Program-made: the position numbers and the translations under genes
The notes under the pieces: model-generated
What the model was told of the DNA's origin: nothing
Database searches by the model: none
What the model saw: only the letters and a program-made list of their open reading frames with translations
IMG/VR virus record: IMGVR_UViG_3300012156_000141
DNA length: 64,000 bases
Reading direction: 5' to 3' (one strand)
Origin: a virus
Shown here: piece after piece, positions 1-9,671 of the stretch
How the letters are laid out: the number at the start of each line of letters is the position of its first letter
Numbering within the stretch: position 1 is the first letter of the stretch

Positions 1-1
1 G

Positions 2-589
2 AAAGTATATGAGCAGGGTGGAATTGCTTTATTAGAGGAAATTAACTTGGCAGACCCGGCGGTCGTAATGGGTTCATTAGGCCAAGCGATTGAATATCCG
101 TTTATTGTTATGAAAGATGGATATAAACCAGTCAGAAGACATCCTTTATGTGTCATTATCGGAACGATGAATACTGGAACAGCGGGTTCTAAAAAATTGA
201 ATCAGGCATTATCTTCCAGATTTAAAGCGACTTATATTTTGGATGATCCTAGTGAGAGAACATTCGTTAAGATTTTGGAATCGAAAGGATTTGAAAAAGC
301 AAAATGTAAATATGTATATGATGCTTACAAAGATATCATGACTTATTTGCAGGATCCGTCCCGAAACCAATTAGAACTATGTGAAAACATCACCCTTCGA
401 GGATGCTTTGGTGCCCTTGAATGTTGGGAAGAGGGAGATGACCCAAAGGAAGCAATCAAAAATTCTATGATCGGTAAAATTGCTGAAGTGAATTTAGAGG
501 CTGCCAGAGAGGTAGAAAGACAAGTCCTTGATTCGTTCAGGGAATTTGGCGCAGCAACAAGTAGAAGAAGACCGTCTCGTAGGCGTTAA
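2..589 (+). CDS. MoxR/CobS/NorQ-type AAA+ ATPase, 5' end outside the window
   Basis: Frame is open from base 2 (KVYEQGGIALLEEINLADP, Walker B-like). Sensor-I/arginine-finger region IIGTMN...LNQALSSRF. Sits next to a vWA gene. Confidence 0.8.
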   Translation, partial: KVYEQGGIALLEEINLADPAVVMGSLGQAIEYPFIVMKDGYKPVRRHPLCVIIGTMNTGTAGSKKLNQALSSRFKATYILDDPSERTFVKILESKGFEKAKCKYVYDAYKDIMTYLQDPSRNQLELCENITLRGCFGALECWEEGDDPKEAIKNSMIGKIAEVNLEAAREVERQVLDSFREFGAATSRRRPSRRR

Positions 590-616
590 GATGATTACTA
601 TATAAGGAGAATAAAA

Positions 617-2626
617 ATGAGTAAATATGATAAAGAGTGGTTATATGAAAAGCAGGCCATGCAAAAAAGATATGCCGCTGTAATAAAGAAAAGAATTGCT
701 ATCAGGGATATTCCTGATGGTGATGAATCAATTGCATATACTTCTGATGAACCAGCAATCTATTTGAAAAAAGATAGTAAGTTCACGAAAGGTTTAGACG
801 AACACAAAGCCAGAGCTTTTCGTTTTGGAGTGTTCACCAGAGAAATGCTAAAGCAACATTTCACAAATTACAAATACATTAATGAGATTTCAGATGGATT
901 AGAGGCATATGAAGTGCCAGTATTTAAATTGATTTGTGACACTGTTGAAAGTGCTGTTATGGAGGTGGTTGCTCCATCGTTGATTGGTGGTTTCATTCTT
1001 AATAGCTTAAGATATTCATGCAAAAGAATCTATGATGAAATGGAAGATTTAGATACAGCAAAGACTCCACTTCAAGAATTTTTGTTAGCAATGGAGCAGG
1101 TTACAACAATTGGAAAACTAAAAGGAACTTTTAAAACTCCAGCCGCAAAAACCGTTTATTATAGAAGCCATATTAAACTTCTTGATGCTGTTGAAGAGTT
1201 GGATGATAAAAAACGAATTGATTTATGTCTTGAAATTCATAATATATCAAAACCGTTATGGGAAGTAGAAGCAAAAGAAGCCTATGATCTTAGTTCGAAA
1301 TCCTCTGGGTTGGAATCTCTGCTTGGTACTCTGGGTTGGATGCTTGGTGGTTCTCTAAGCTTTGGCTCTGGCTCCAGTAGTAAAGTGGATCCGGAAGAAC
1401 TTGAAGAATTAGCTGATTTTTCAAAAGGTGGATACCGTGAAACTGCTTATCATGACGTAAATGATTTAAGTGAGGAGGAACGGGAAGCATATGAAAAAGA
1501 AAAAGAAGCTCATGAAAAGATGAGAGAAGAGATGCTTTTAGCCCGAGATGAAGAGGAAGAGGACAACGAAATTCGTTATGCCAGTGGCTCTGGATATGAT
1601 AGAGATAATGTTTTTTATGACAAAACAGATGCCGGTGATTTATCAACAATCTATGATTATGATCCGGAAGAAGATGAAATCGATGCAAAAGGTTGTGACT
1701 ATTTCGACAATCTTATCAGAACAGAGTTAGAAATTCAACTAAGAGAAGACATTGCCGCATCAACTACAGCACTTGCAAAACCGCTTGATTTACCAGAAAT
1801 TTCTACAAAATATTCAGCAAGAAATTATCAATGTAAGAATCTCATGGTTAATTTGACGGAGAGATCAAAGGCTGTAGAAGGGTATAATAAAGTCGTATCA
1901 AATTTCGCCTCTTTGATTAACAATTGTGTCAATAAGTTGAAAGTCATCTTTGCTGAAGATGCTGAAGAAACAGTATATCGTTCCAGTGGAAAGCTTAGTT
2001 TAAAACGAAGCATGAGTGGCACAGTGACATCAAAAATGTTTACTAAGAAATTAGATCCAAAAGACAAATCTAACATGGCGGTTGAACTAGTGATTGATGA
2101 GTCAGGGTCCATGAGTGGAACAAGAATCTATAGGGCAAAAACAACAGCTATTTGTTTGGCAGAAGTCTTTAAAAAGTTGCATATTCCATTATACATTATG
2201 GGATTTACAGCTGACACCGGCGGTGCTGATGTATTGCATACTCATTACGCAATGTGGTCTGGAGCTACTGCTGATTTATTGAAGCTCACAACAATCCAGG
2301 CAAAAGCAAATAACTTCGATGGATATTCCATCAGGTATGCATCAAGGGTTTTGGAAAGACGATCCGAGGCACACAAAGTATTAATTATTATTAGTGATGG
2401 CCAACCAGCTTGTGATGAATATTCTGGCGATAAAGGTCTTAGGGACACTCGTGATGCGATTTCAGAAGCAAGAAACAAGGGACAAATCGTTTTAGGCATC
2501 GCCATTGGTGCAGACATAAAAGCTCTTCAAGAGATGTATGGTACCGACTTTATTTATATTAATGAAGAGGACGATTTGTTTTCTGGGATTATGAATAAAT
2601 TTACTGATATTGTAAAGGCATGGTAA
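617..2626 (+). CDS. vWA-domain protein (CobT/NorD-like partner of the AAA ATPase)
   Basis: C-terminal MIDAS motif VIDESGSMSG and IISDGQP, acidic linker, RBS AAGGAG. Confidence 0.85.
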   Translation: MSKYDKEWLYEKQAMQKRYAAVIKKRIAIRDIPDGDESIAYTSDEPAIYLKKDSKFTKGLDEHKARAFRFGVFTREMLKQHFTNYKYINEISDGLEAYEVPVFKLICDTVESAVMEVVAPSLIGGFILNSLRYSCKRIYDEMEDLDTAKTPLQEFLLAMEQVTTIGKLKGTFKTPAAKTVYYRSHIKLLDAVEELDDKKRIDLCLEIHNISKPLWEVEAKEAYDLSSKSSGLESLLGTLGWMLGGSLSFGSGSSSKVDPEELEELADFSKGGYRETAYHDVNDLSEEEREAYEKEKEAHEKMREEMLLARDEEEEDNEIRYASGSGYDRDNVFYDKTDAGDLSTIYDYDPEEDEIDAKGCDYFDNLIRTELEIQLREDIAASTTALAKPLDLPEISTKYSARNYQCKNLMVNLTERSKAVEGYNKVVSNFASLINNCVNKLKVIFAEDAEETVYRSSGKLSLKRSMSGTVTSKMFTKKLDPKDKSNMAVELVIDESGSMSGTRIYRAKTTAICLAEVFKKLHIPLYIMGFTADTGGADVLHTHYAMWSGATADLLKLTTIQAKANNFDGYSIRYASRVLERRSEAHKVLIIISDGQPACDEYSGDKGLRDTRDAISEARNKGQIVLGIAIGADIKALQEMYGTDFIYINEEDDLFSGIMNKFTDIVKAW

Positions 2627-2638
2627 AGGAGGTATTTC

Positions 2639-3196
2639 ATGGATGTTAATATCAGAATGTTAGATGATGAAAATAGATTTTATATAGTCTTTAATAATCC
2701 ATCTGCTGAAGAAAAAGTAAAAGCTCTAAAGTTAGTTGAAGAGATGTTTGGTGCAAAGGAAAGGGTTGAATATCCCGATAGTGTACTTCCCACCAAAGTG
2801 GCGCCTGTAACAGTTCCGGATTCTGCTAAGGAAGTAAAAGACGAAAGCGATCTGCAACAAGTCTATGGGATTAAAGATATTTCATCACCAAAGTCATTTA
2901 TTGAATGTTATCAGAAATACCCACGTTCAAATGATGAAGAAAAACAGACTTTTATTACTGCTGGAGGAAAATTTTTAAAGAGTCATATCAAAAAAATGGA
3001 TGAAAATAATTTAGAATCTATAAAAGGATTCCTAATGGATTTTCAACCAGCTTTATCAGGATCAATCAAAAAGATTCTATTAGCAAAGGGATATAATAAC
3101 TTAAAAGGATTTTTAAAAACAGCCAGTGAACAGGAAATCTTAGCTATGTATACACAATGCAAAGATGTCCTTTATAAAGGATTAAAGATAGCTTGA
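2639..3196 (+). CDS. Hypothetical protein
   Basis: 185 aa ORF with AAGGAGG RBS, followed by a terminator. Confidence 0.7.
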   Translation: MDVNIRMLDDENRFYIVFNNPSAEEKVKALKLVEEMFGAKERVEYPDSVLPTKVAPVTVPDSAKEVKDESDLQQVYGIKDISSPKSFIECYQKYPRSNDEEKQTFITAGGKFLKSHIKKMDENNLESIKGFLMDFQPALSGSIKKILLAKGYNNLKGFLKTASEQEILAMYTQCKDVLYKGLKIA

Positions 3197-3229
3197 ACTC
3201 ATCCGGCTAAGGATGTTGAATGGCAAAAT

Positions 3230-3256
3230 AAAAAAGACCATAATGGTCTTTTTTTA
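3230..3256. terminator. Bidirectional intrinsic terminator
   Basis: AAAAAAGACCA-TAA-TGGTCTTTTTT between convergent genes. Confidence 0.8.
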
Positions 3257-3943
3257 TGCTTTCTTTCTTATCTGTTTCTTTATTTGTTTTAACTGTAGAT
3301 TATTAAATACTTTAAATCTAAAATAATGGTACCAATATTCATCTTGCTGACTTCTTGGAAGTGATTCGTGCAGATAGTCAATAGGATGATCATAAATCTC
3401 ATTACATATATTGCTTAATCGATGCTGTTTTAATGCCCTTGAACTCGCCGGCTCTGAGAAAAATTTATACATTTCTTTGATACTTGTAAATGTATAATTT
3501 TGAGACAACATATATTGTAAACATATACTGGCTCTCATCATACCTTTTGTTCCAGATAAATATTCTTTTGGGAATTTGCAAAGCGTTCCCTCTAAAACAT
3601 CTTTATATGTTCTTAATACTAACTCTTTAATATCAATCCTAATTACATTGGGATAAATAAGTGCAGATAGATAGTAGTAATCTTTTGTTTTGTCCAGTTC
3701 TGGCGGGAACTCAATGTATTTCATGAGAGGTTCTAATTTTAACTGAATAGAAATTTCATGATTGTAATGATTTTTGAAATCCCAAGGATCCCATTTTAAG
3801 TAATTTTCTACAGCAAACTTAATAATATATAAAGCATAATTTTGAGATGTATCATCTCCATATTTAAAGTGGTAGGGTGTAAACCCTATCTTATTTCCGA
3901 GCAATATCTGCTCGTATTCGTATAGCAATACCTGCTTATCCAT
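3254..3943 (-). CDS. DUF4046-like clostridial protein with internal repeat
   Basis: Repeated motif YEQILLGNKIGFTP / YKDVLEGTLCKFPK and AVENYLKW. RBS AAGGAG. Family recalled from memory. Confidence 0.55.
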   Translation of the reverse strand: MDKQVLLYEYEQILLGNKIGFTPYHFKYGDDTSQNYALYIIKFAVENYLKWDPWDFKNHYNHEISIQLKLEPLMKYIEFPPELDKTKDYYYLSALIYPNVIRIDIKELVLRTYKDVLEGTLCKFPKEYLSGTKGMMRASICLQYMLSQNYTFTSIKEMYKFFSEPASSRALKQHRLSNICNEIYDHPIDYLHESLPRSQQDEYWYHYFRFKVFNNLQLKQIKKQIRKKA

Positions 3944-4067
3944 ATGGACATTCTCCTTTCCTAGTCAAAAAGTGCTTCAACGCACATAATATTAAGTCCT
4001 TCCGGCAGGCTCAATAATATTATGTGATAAATTTCATAAATGTTTATTATCCTCATGCAAAAAATCC

Positions 4068-4074
4068 CATAATA
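4068..4074 (+). promoter_or_regulatory. CATnnTA -10-like motif (representative copy of a recurring element)
   Basis: CATAATA 27 nt before the gmk-like start codon. More than 20 further copies are listed under findings. Confidence 0.65.
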
Positions 4075-4100
4075 CTGAAAATAAGAAAAAAGGAGTGTTT

Positions 4101-4673
4101 ATGAAATCACAATTGTTAGCTATTATTGGAAAATCAGGTTCTGGAAAAACCAGTATAAAAGCAGCTTTGGAAAAGAAAGGCTTTACTTCACTTCCAGAAT
4201 GTACAAATAGAGAGACTAGACCCGGAGAAGTAGATGGAAGAGAATACTATTTTTTTCCTGAAGAGAGAATGAAAAAGCCTGATGTTATTTGTAAAAAGGA
4301 ATATAAAACAACAAAAGGATTATGGATTTATGGGATTTTAAAGACAGAGTTAGAGGCAGATAAACAATATGTTGTAATTATTAACCCTTATCAGTATCAA
4401 GAATTAAAGAAAGAATATGAGGAGGCAGCAGACATAAATGTTTTTTACATAGATACTAATGAAGAGAATCGGATGACAAAACTGATTCAACGTGAGATGG
4501 AAAAACCCAACCCAGATTATCAAGAGTTATGTAGACGTTTTTGCACAGATGCATACGACTATTCAAATGACAATATCGATATGAAAAACTTAAGAAAAAA
4601 TGTCTTTTTGCTATATAACAATTATAAACAGTCTATTGAAAAAATGGTTGATGAATTGATGACATACATTTAA
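4101..4673 (+). CDS. Guanylate kinase-like nucleoside monophosphate kinase
   Basis: P-loop GKSGSGKT and TNRETRPGEVDGREYYF signature. ATG at 4101 follows AAGGAG. Confidence 0.85.
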   Translation: MKSQLLAIIGKSGSGKTSIKAALEKKGFTSLPECTNRETRPGEVDGREYYFFPEERMKKPDVICKKEYKTTKGLWIYGILKTELEADKQYVVIINPYQYQELKKEYEEAADINVFYIDTNEENRMTKLIQREMEKPNPDYQELCRRFCTDAYDYSNDNIDMKNLRKNVFLLYNNYKQSIEKMVDELMTYI

Positions 4674-4693
4674 TAAAAAGTAGAGGATGAAAA

Positions 4694-5821
4694 ATGAAGA
4701 ATTATAAATTTTCGGCAGCTATTGATGTAGATGATGTCCTTTTGGAATGTATTCCATTAGCCTGCCGCTTAGAAAACGAATTGAATAAAAATCAAAATAT
4801 GGATCCTAACAAAATTGTTAGCTGGATTAAACCAGGGACACCTTATGACTCATTATTAAAATATTTTAATGAGCCAGTATTTTATGAACAGCAAAGACCT
4901 TATCCGGGTGCCCAGGAGTTTGTTTGGAAATTAAGCAAGCAAGTAGAGATATTTATCGTAACTGCGGTTGAAGCAAATATCATGGGAATCAGAATGAAGC
5001 AAATCATGAAATACTTCCCGGAGATCAATCCTAAAAATATCATTCCGGCATCAAGAAAGGATGTTATTTCAGTTGACTTTGCCTTTGACGATGGAGCACA
5101 TAATATTTTAGCATCGAAAGCCACTTACCCAGTATTATTCAGGCGAGCTTGGAATCAACATTTAACGGGTATTCTTGCAGCGAATAACTATGATGAATTT
5201 TTAAACATTGTTGACTGCATTCAGAAATCTTACGCTTGTTCTGATATGGATTTTTCAGTACCACATGTATTATCGTTTGTTGGTGGTTCCGGTACCGGCA
5301 AGACAATGATAACAAATAAATTGCTTGAAAGAAATGATTTTGGCAGAGCAAAATCAACAACGACAAGAGCTCAGCGATTAGGAGAGTCATACGATGCTTA
5401 CAATTTTATTTGTGATGAAGAATTTAATCGAATGAAGGAAGATCACCTGTTTGCTGAAACAACGATGTATGCTGGAAATCAGTATGGTCTGGAACTAGCT
5501 GAGATTGATAAGGTTTTAGGCCAGAGAAAACATTGTGTTACAGTTACAGACATTAATGGTGCGATGGCCTTTAAGATGAGATATCCAACAGCTATTATTT
5601 ACATAAAAAGAGATAAAGACAAATTGATTGATGCCCTGATTCAGAGAGTAGAGTCCGGTGAAACAACCAGGCAAGATGTTGTAAACAGAATGGTTTCTCT
5701 TGATGATGAAAAGAAAAATGAAAAAGTCTGTGATTATATTATTAATAATAATGGTACGATTGAACAGGCACTTCACGAAATAGATACAATTCTAAGTTTT
5801 ACTAAGGAGGAACAACTTTGA
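4694..5821 (+). CDS. 5'(3')-deoxyribonucleotidase (HAD, NT5C-like) fused to a guanylate kinase-like domain
   Basis: N-terminal DVDDVL and DDGAHNI motifs. C-terminal GGSGTGKT, STTTRAQR...YNF and YAGNQYG. Confidence 0.8.
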   Translation: MKNYKFSAAIDVDDVLLECIPLACRLENELNKNQNMDPNKIVSWIKPGTPYDSLLKYFNEPVFYEQQRPYPGAQEFVWKLSKQVEIFIVTAVEANIMGIRMKQIMKYFPEINPKNIIPASRKDVISVDFAFDDGAHNILASKATYPVLFRRAWNQHLTGILAANNYDEFLNIVDCIQKSYACSDMDFSVPHVLSFVGGSGTGKTMITNKLLERNDFGRAKSTTTRAQRLGESYDAYNFICDEEFNRMKEDHLFAETTMYAGNQYGLELAEIDKVLGQRKHCVTVTDINGAMAFKMRYPTAIIYIKRDKDKLIDALIQRVESGETTRQDVVNRMVSLDDEKKNEKVCDYIINNNGTIEQALHEIDTILSFTKEEQL

Positions 5822-6123
5822 AAGGGATATCCTGTAACAACTTATCATGGCTAAAAAAATTATCTGAGTCATTAGAAAAGATTTTTAAGTATAATGAATT
5901 TAATTGTTTGTTTAGAAAAGTACCAGAGATTAAATTGAATGAAGATTTTGAAATTGAGTCTTTGGAATATAGCGGCTTCTTGGAATATGGCGGTATCGAT
6001 TATGTGACTATTTCAGATTCTGAAATATGGTATTATTCGGAACGCACAAACGAAAAGAAAAAAATTGTTGAATATGAGTGTCTGAGTAGCTTTTTAAAAG
6101 AAAATGGAATTACTTTAGATTAA
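5818..6123 (+). CDS. Hypothetical protein
   Basis: TTG start overlaps the upstream stop, AAGGAGG RBS, terminator at 6122-6144. Confidence 0.6.
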   Translation: MKGISCNNLSWLKKLSESLEKIFKYNEFNCLFRKVPEIKLNEDFEIESLEYSGFLEYGGIDYVTISDSEIWYYSERTNEKKKIVEYECLSSFLKENGITLD

Positions 6124-6227
6124 AGAGACGTAAGTCTCTTTTTTATTTAATATGTTTTTTAGTTATTCTTTTTATTTTCTTACATTATGTATATGAAATA
6201 GAAAACTAGAGAAAAAGGAGAATCGAT

Positions 6228-8282
6228 ATGGAATTTATTGAATTAAGAAAAAAGTTGCAGGAGAATTTTAGTGAAATGACAAAGGATGTTTCTCATCTAT
6301 TTGAGGTGGAATTAGATAAGGAGTCTCTGTGGAACTGTTACTTAGACAGCTTTCCTCTTGGTACCAACGATATTTTTAGAGAGAGAAGAGAGCATGACTG
6401 TAGTTGCTGTCGCCAGTTTATCAAGAACATTGGTAATGCTGTTGTAATCAAAGACAACCAAATCAAGACAGTTTGGGACTTTGATACAAATGATGATGTC
6501 TATCAGCCAGTTTTGAGTGCTATGTCTGAGTTTGTCAAATCACATGTTGTAAGTGAAGTGTATGTGAGCAAATTTAGTAAAATCGGGACAAAATGCAATC
6601 TTGAAGTTTTACCTACAGGGAAAACAATTGCCTGGAATCACTTTTATCTGGAACTTCCAGATGAATTTGTGGATAAAACTCATCGTTCAATAGGTGATAT
6701 TCAGGGCAATTTCCGGGATACCAGAAATGTTTTCAAAAGATCTCTTGATGAAATCTCAAAAGACAGCTTACTTACTGTACTTGAACTGATTGCACAAAAC
6801 TCCCTTTATAAGGGAGAAGAGTGGAAAGGCACTCTAAATGAGTTTCTAAACTACAAAAAAGCATATGAAAAGTTAACCTCAGAGGTTGAAAAGTCAAATT
6901 TTGCTTGGGAAAACTCTGTGAAGGTCGGCGGTGCTATTGGCAGAATTCGTAACCATAGTATAGGAACATTACTCACAAACATTAGTGAGGGAATGGATCT
7001 GGAAGGCGCTGTTAAAAAGTATGAGCAAATTGTTGCACCTTCTAATTACAAAAGGCCAAAGGCAATCTTCACAAAAAGAATGCTGGATGAAGCAAAAGAA
7101 ACACTTACTGAATTAGGCTATCTGGATTCTCTGGAACGAAGATATGCTAAAGCAGATGATATTTCTGTCAACAATGTTCTGTTTTTAAACAGAGATGCAG
7201 CCAAAAGGGTTATTGATGCAAATATCTTTGCAGAGATGGAAAGAGATGTTGTGGCTAATCCTAAGAAGTACTCAAAAGTGGAGGAAATCAGTATTGATCA
7301 CTTCATTGAAAAAGTATTGCCTACTGCTAATACACTTGAGGTTTACCTGGAAAATAAGCATTCCAGCCACATGGTATCATTAATTGCTCCAAAGAGAAAA
7401 GAAAGCAAGAGCATGTTTAAATGGAATAATGGGTTTAGTTGGGCTTATTCTGGTAACGTAACAGATTCAATCAAAGAAAGAGTAAAATCAGCTGGAGGAA
7501 GAGTCGATGGCGATTTGAGATTTTCAATTCAGTGGAATGATTCCTCTGAGTGGAGCCGCAATGATCTTGATGCCCATTGTATTGAACCTTCTGGTCGAGA
7601 AATTTATTATTCTCAGTATAGAAAACCAAGTGCTACGCCTAGTGGTGGACAGCTTGATGTTGACATCACAAACCCTGGCAAAGGCATCCCGGCGGTTGAA
7701 AATATCACATGGCTGGATAAGAAAAAAATGAAACCGGGTGTTTATAAATTCTTTGTTCATCAGTTTGCCAATAGAGGAGGCAGAGACGGCTTCCGAGCAG
7801 AAATTGAATTTGATGGAAAAATCTATTCATTTGATTACGACAAAGAATTGAGACAAAAGGAGAATGTTGTTGTAGCTGAAGTCGTATTAAGCTCTGATGG
7901 AACTTTTTCAATCAATGAGAAATTACCATCAAATGTATCCAGTCAGGAGATTTGGAATCTGAATACAAATCAGTTTGTCCCTGTCTCTGTGATGATGTAT
8001 TCACCAAACTATTGGGACGATCAGAAAGGCATTGGTAACAAACACTACTTTTTCATGTTAAAGGGCTGTGAAAATCCTGAGAATCCCAATGGATTTTACA
8101 ATGAATTTTTGAACCAGGAACTGGATAAGCATAAAAGAGTGTGTGAGGCATTGGGATCAAAGATGAGAGTCGAAAAATGCGATGATCAGTTATCTGGCCT
8201 CGGGTTTTCATCAACTCAAAGAAATGAGCTTTTAGTAAAAGTAATTGGCTCGACAGAGCGAGTGATAAAAGTTAAATTTTAA
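6228..8282 (+). CDS. Conserved phage-type protein with a YfaP/DUF2135-like domain
   Basis: 684 aa. HDCSCCRQF motif and LRFSIQWN..DLDAHCIEP..GQLDVDIT..VENITW module. Family recalled from phage genomes, not searched. Confidence 0.6.
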   Translation: MEFIELRKKLQENFSEMTKDVSHLFEVELDKESLWNCYLDSFPLGTNDIFRERREHDCSCCRQFIKNIGNAVVIKDNQIKTVWDFDTNDDVYQPVLSAMSEFVKSHVVSEVYVSKFSKIGTKCNLEVLPTGKTIAWNHFYLELPDEFVDKTHRSIGDIQGNFRDTRNVFKRSLDEISKDSLLTVLELIAQNSLYKGEEWKGTLNEFLNYKKAYEKLTSEVEKSNFAWENSVKVGGAIGRIRNHSIGTLLTNISEGMDLEGAVKKYEQIVAPSNYKRPKAIFTKRMLDEAKETLTELGYLDSLERRYAKADDISVNNVLFLNRDAAKRVIDANIFAEMERDVVANPKKYSKVEEISIDHFIEKVLPTANTLEVYLENKHSSHMVSLIAPKRKESKSMFKWNNGFSWAYSGNVTDSIKERVKSAGGRVDGDLRFSIQWNDSSEWSRNDLDAHCIEPSGREIYYSQYRKPSATPSGGQLDVDITNPGKGIPAVENITWLDKKKMKPGVYKFFVHQFANRGGRDGFRAEIEFDGKIYSFDYDKELRQKENVVVAEVVLSSDGTFSINEKLPSNVSSQEIWNLNTNQFVPVSVMMYSPNYWDDQKGIGNKHYFFMLKGCENPENPNGFYNEFLNQELDKHKRVCEALGSKMRVEKCDDQLSGLGFSSTQRNELLVKVIGSTERVIKVKF

Positions 8283-8350
8283 ATAAAAACTAATTAGCCA
8301 GGTTGGTACAATAAGGTTTCAACCAGCTACATCGAAAAAGGAGAAAAATA

Positions 8351-8731
8351 ATGGAAAAGATGTTTGAATTAGCAACAAGAAAGCGATTAAGATTTCCACA
8401 TAAAGGCCAGTCTACTGTTGAAGACTTATGGGAATTGCCAGTAAAAGAACTGGATAATATTTACAAAGTATTAAATTCAAAGAAAAAGCAGAACAGCGAA
8501 GACAGCCTGCTTAAGACAGTGTCAAAGACAGCTGAAGAAGAAATTTTAGAGCTTCAGATCGAAATTGTAAAAAACATTGTATCTACAAAGATTGAAGAAG
8601 CTAAGCAGAAGACTGAAGCGGCTGAGAAGAAAACCAGACAGGATAAGATCAAGGAAATTCTGGCCTCTCGAAATGAGGAAAAATATCTGGCAATGTCAGA
8701 TGAGGAACTCCAGAAATTGTTAGAAGAGTAA
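8351..8731 (+). CDS. Conserved phage-type coiled-coil protein
   Basis: MFELATRKRLRF...TVEDLWELP N-terminus, recalled as the usual partner of the upstream gene. Confidence 0.6.
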   Translation: MEKMFELATRKRLRFPHKGQSTVEDLWELPVKELDNIYKVLNSKKKQNSEDSLLKTVSKTAEEEILELQIEIVKNIVSTKIEEAKQKTEAAEKKTRQDKIKEILASRNEEKYLAMSDEELQKLLEE

Positions 8732-8759
8732 AAAAAAAGAGGCTAGGCCTCTTTTTTTT
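8730..8759 (+). terminator. Intrinsic terminator
   Basis: A-tract-GAGGC-TAG-GCCTC-T-tract. Confidence 0.8.
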
Positions 8760-8867
8760 AAAATAATTCTAAGAATTTTTTGAAAAATATATTTATGTTA
8801 AATCTTTTCACTACATAATAACTTTGAAATTAAGATATTAGGAGAACATTAGAAGAAAGGAAATAGT

Positions 8868-9671
8868 ATGAAGAAACTAAAAGTACTCTTGAAAAGAGCC
8901 GGTGTTATTCTAAAAGTACTCTTTAAAAGGGCCTGTGTTATTCTGTTTTTGTTAGTAGCTTGGTGGCAATTGTCAAAGAACATGAATCCCTTATTTGTAC
9001 CAAGTCCCAAAAGTGTTTATGAGGGAATTTTAGCTTTGATAGAAAATAAGCAATTGATTATGGGAACTTATTATTCGTTTTATCGAGTGGCTATAGCATC
9101 GATATTATCAGGAATTGTTTCAGTGATATTAGGATTATTGATTTATTCTTTTAAATTTGTAAGAACGACCATGTATCCTATCATAAATTCAATGAGATAT
9201 ATCCCAGTCACTGCATTCTATCCACTATTAATTATGTGGTGCGGTATTGGAGAACAGATGAAAATTATTTTTTTATTTATAGTTATATTTGTTTACATGA
9301 TGCCCAGTATGTACAACATCTTCTCTGAAATAAGTGAAGATTTAATAGATACTGGATATACGATAGGAATGAATAAATCTCAAGTAATATATATGGTTTT
9401 GTTACCTTCATCATTACCAGCAATAGTGCAGACATTCATTATGCTGTTTGCTGTTGGATTTACATATATCCCATTTGTTGAAAGCATTAATGCCAAATAC
9501 GGATTAGGATACGTAATCCAACAATCATCATCTCGTGGACGTACCGATTTAGTTTTCGTAGGTATTGTTGCAATTATGTTTATCAGCTTTTTGTTTGATA
9601 ATGGAGCAAGATACCTAGCTGGAAAAATATTCCCATGGAGGACAAACAATGATCAGTCTAAATGGTCTTAG
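8868..9671 (+). CDS. ABC transporter permease (NitT/TauT/SsuC type)
   Basis: Several TM helices, RYIPVTAFYPLLIMWCGIGE, EAA-like loop DLIDTGYTIG, GLGYVI. Confidence 0.9.
   Translation: MKKLKVLLKRAGVILKVLFKRACVILFLLVAWWQLSKNMNPLFVPSPKSVYEGILALIENKQLIMGTYYSFYRVAIASILSGIVSVILGLLIYSFKFVRTTMYPIINSMRYIPVTAFYPLLIMWCGIGEQMKIIFLFIVIFVYMMPSMYNIFSEISEDLIDTGYTIGMNKSQVIYMVLLPSSLPAIVQTFIMLFAVGFTYIPFVESINAKYGLGYVIQQSSSRGRTDLVFVGIVAIMFISFLFDNGARYLAGKIFPWRTNNDQSKWS

Noticed and set aside
1290-2517. Short overlapping ORFs inside the vWA gene, representative of many others in the ORF track
   Set aside because: They lie within longer, motif-bearing genes, lack an RBS, and have typical shadow-frame composition.
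3196-3222. Small hairpin CATCC-GGCTAA-GGATG resembling an IS200/IS605 end
   Set aside because: Too short, with no partner end or scaffold.
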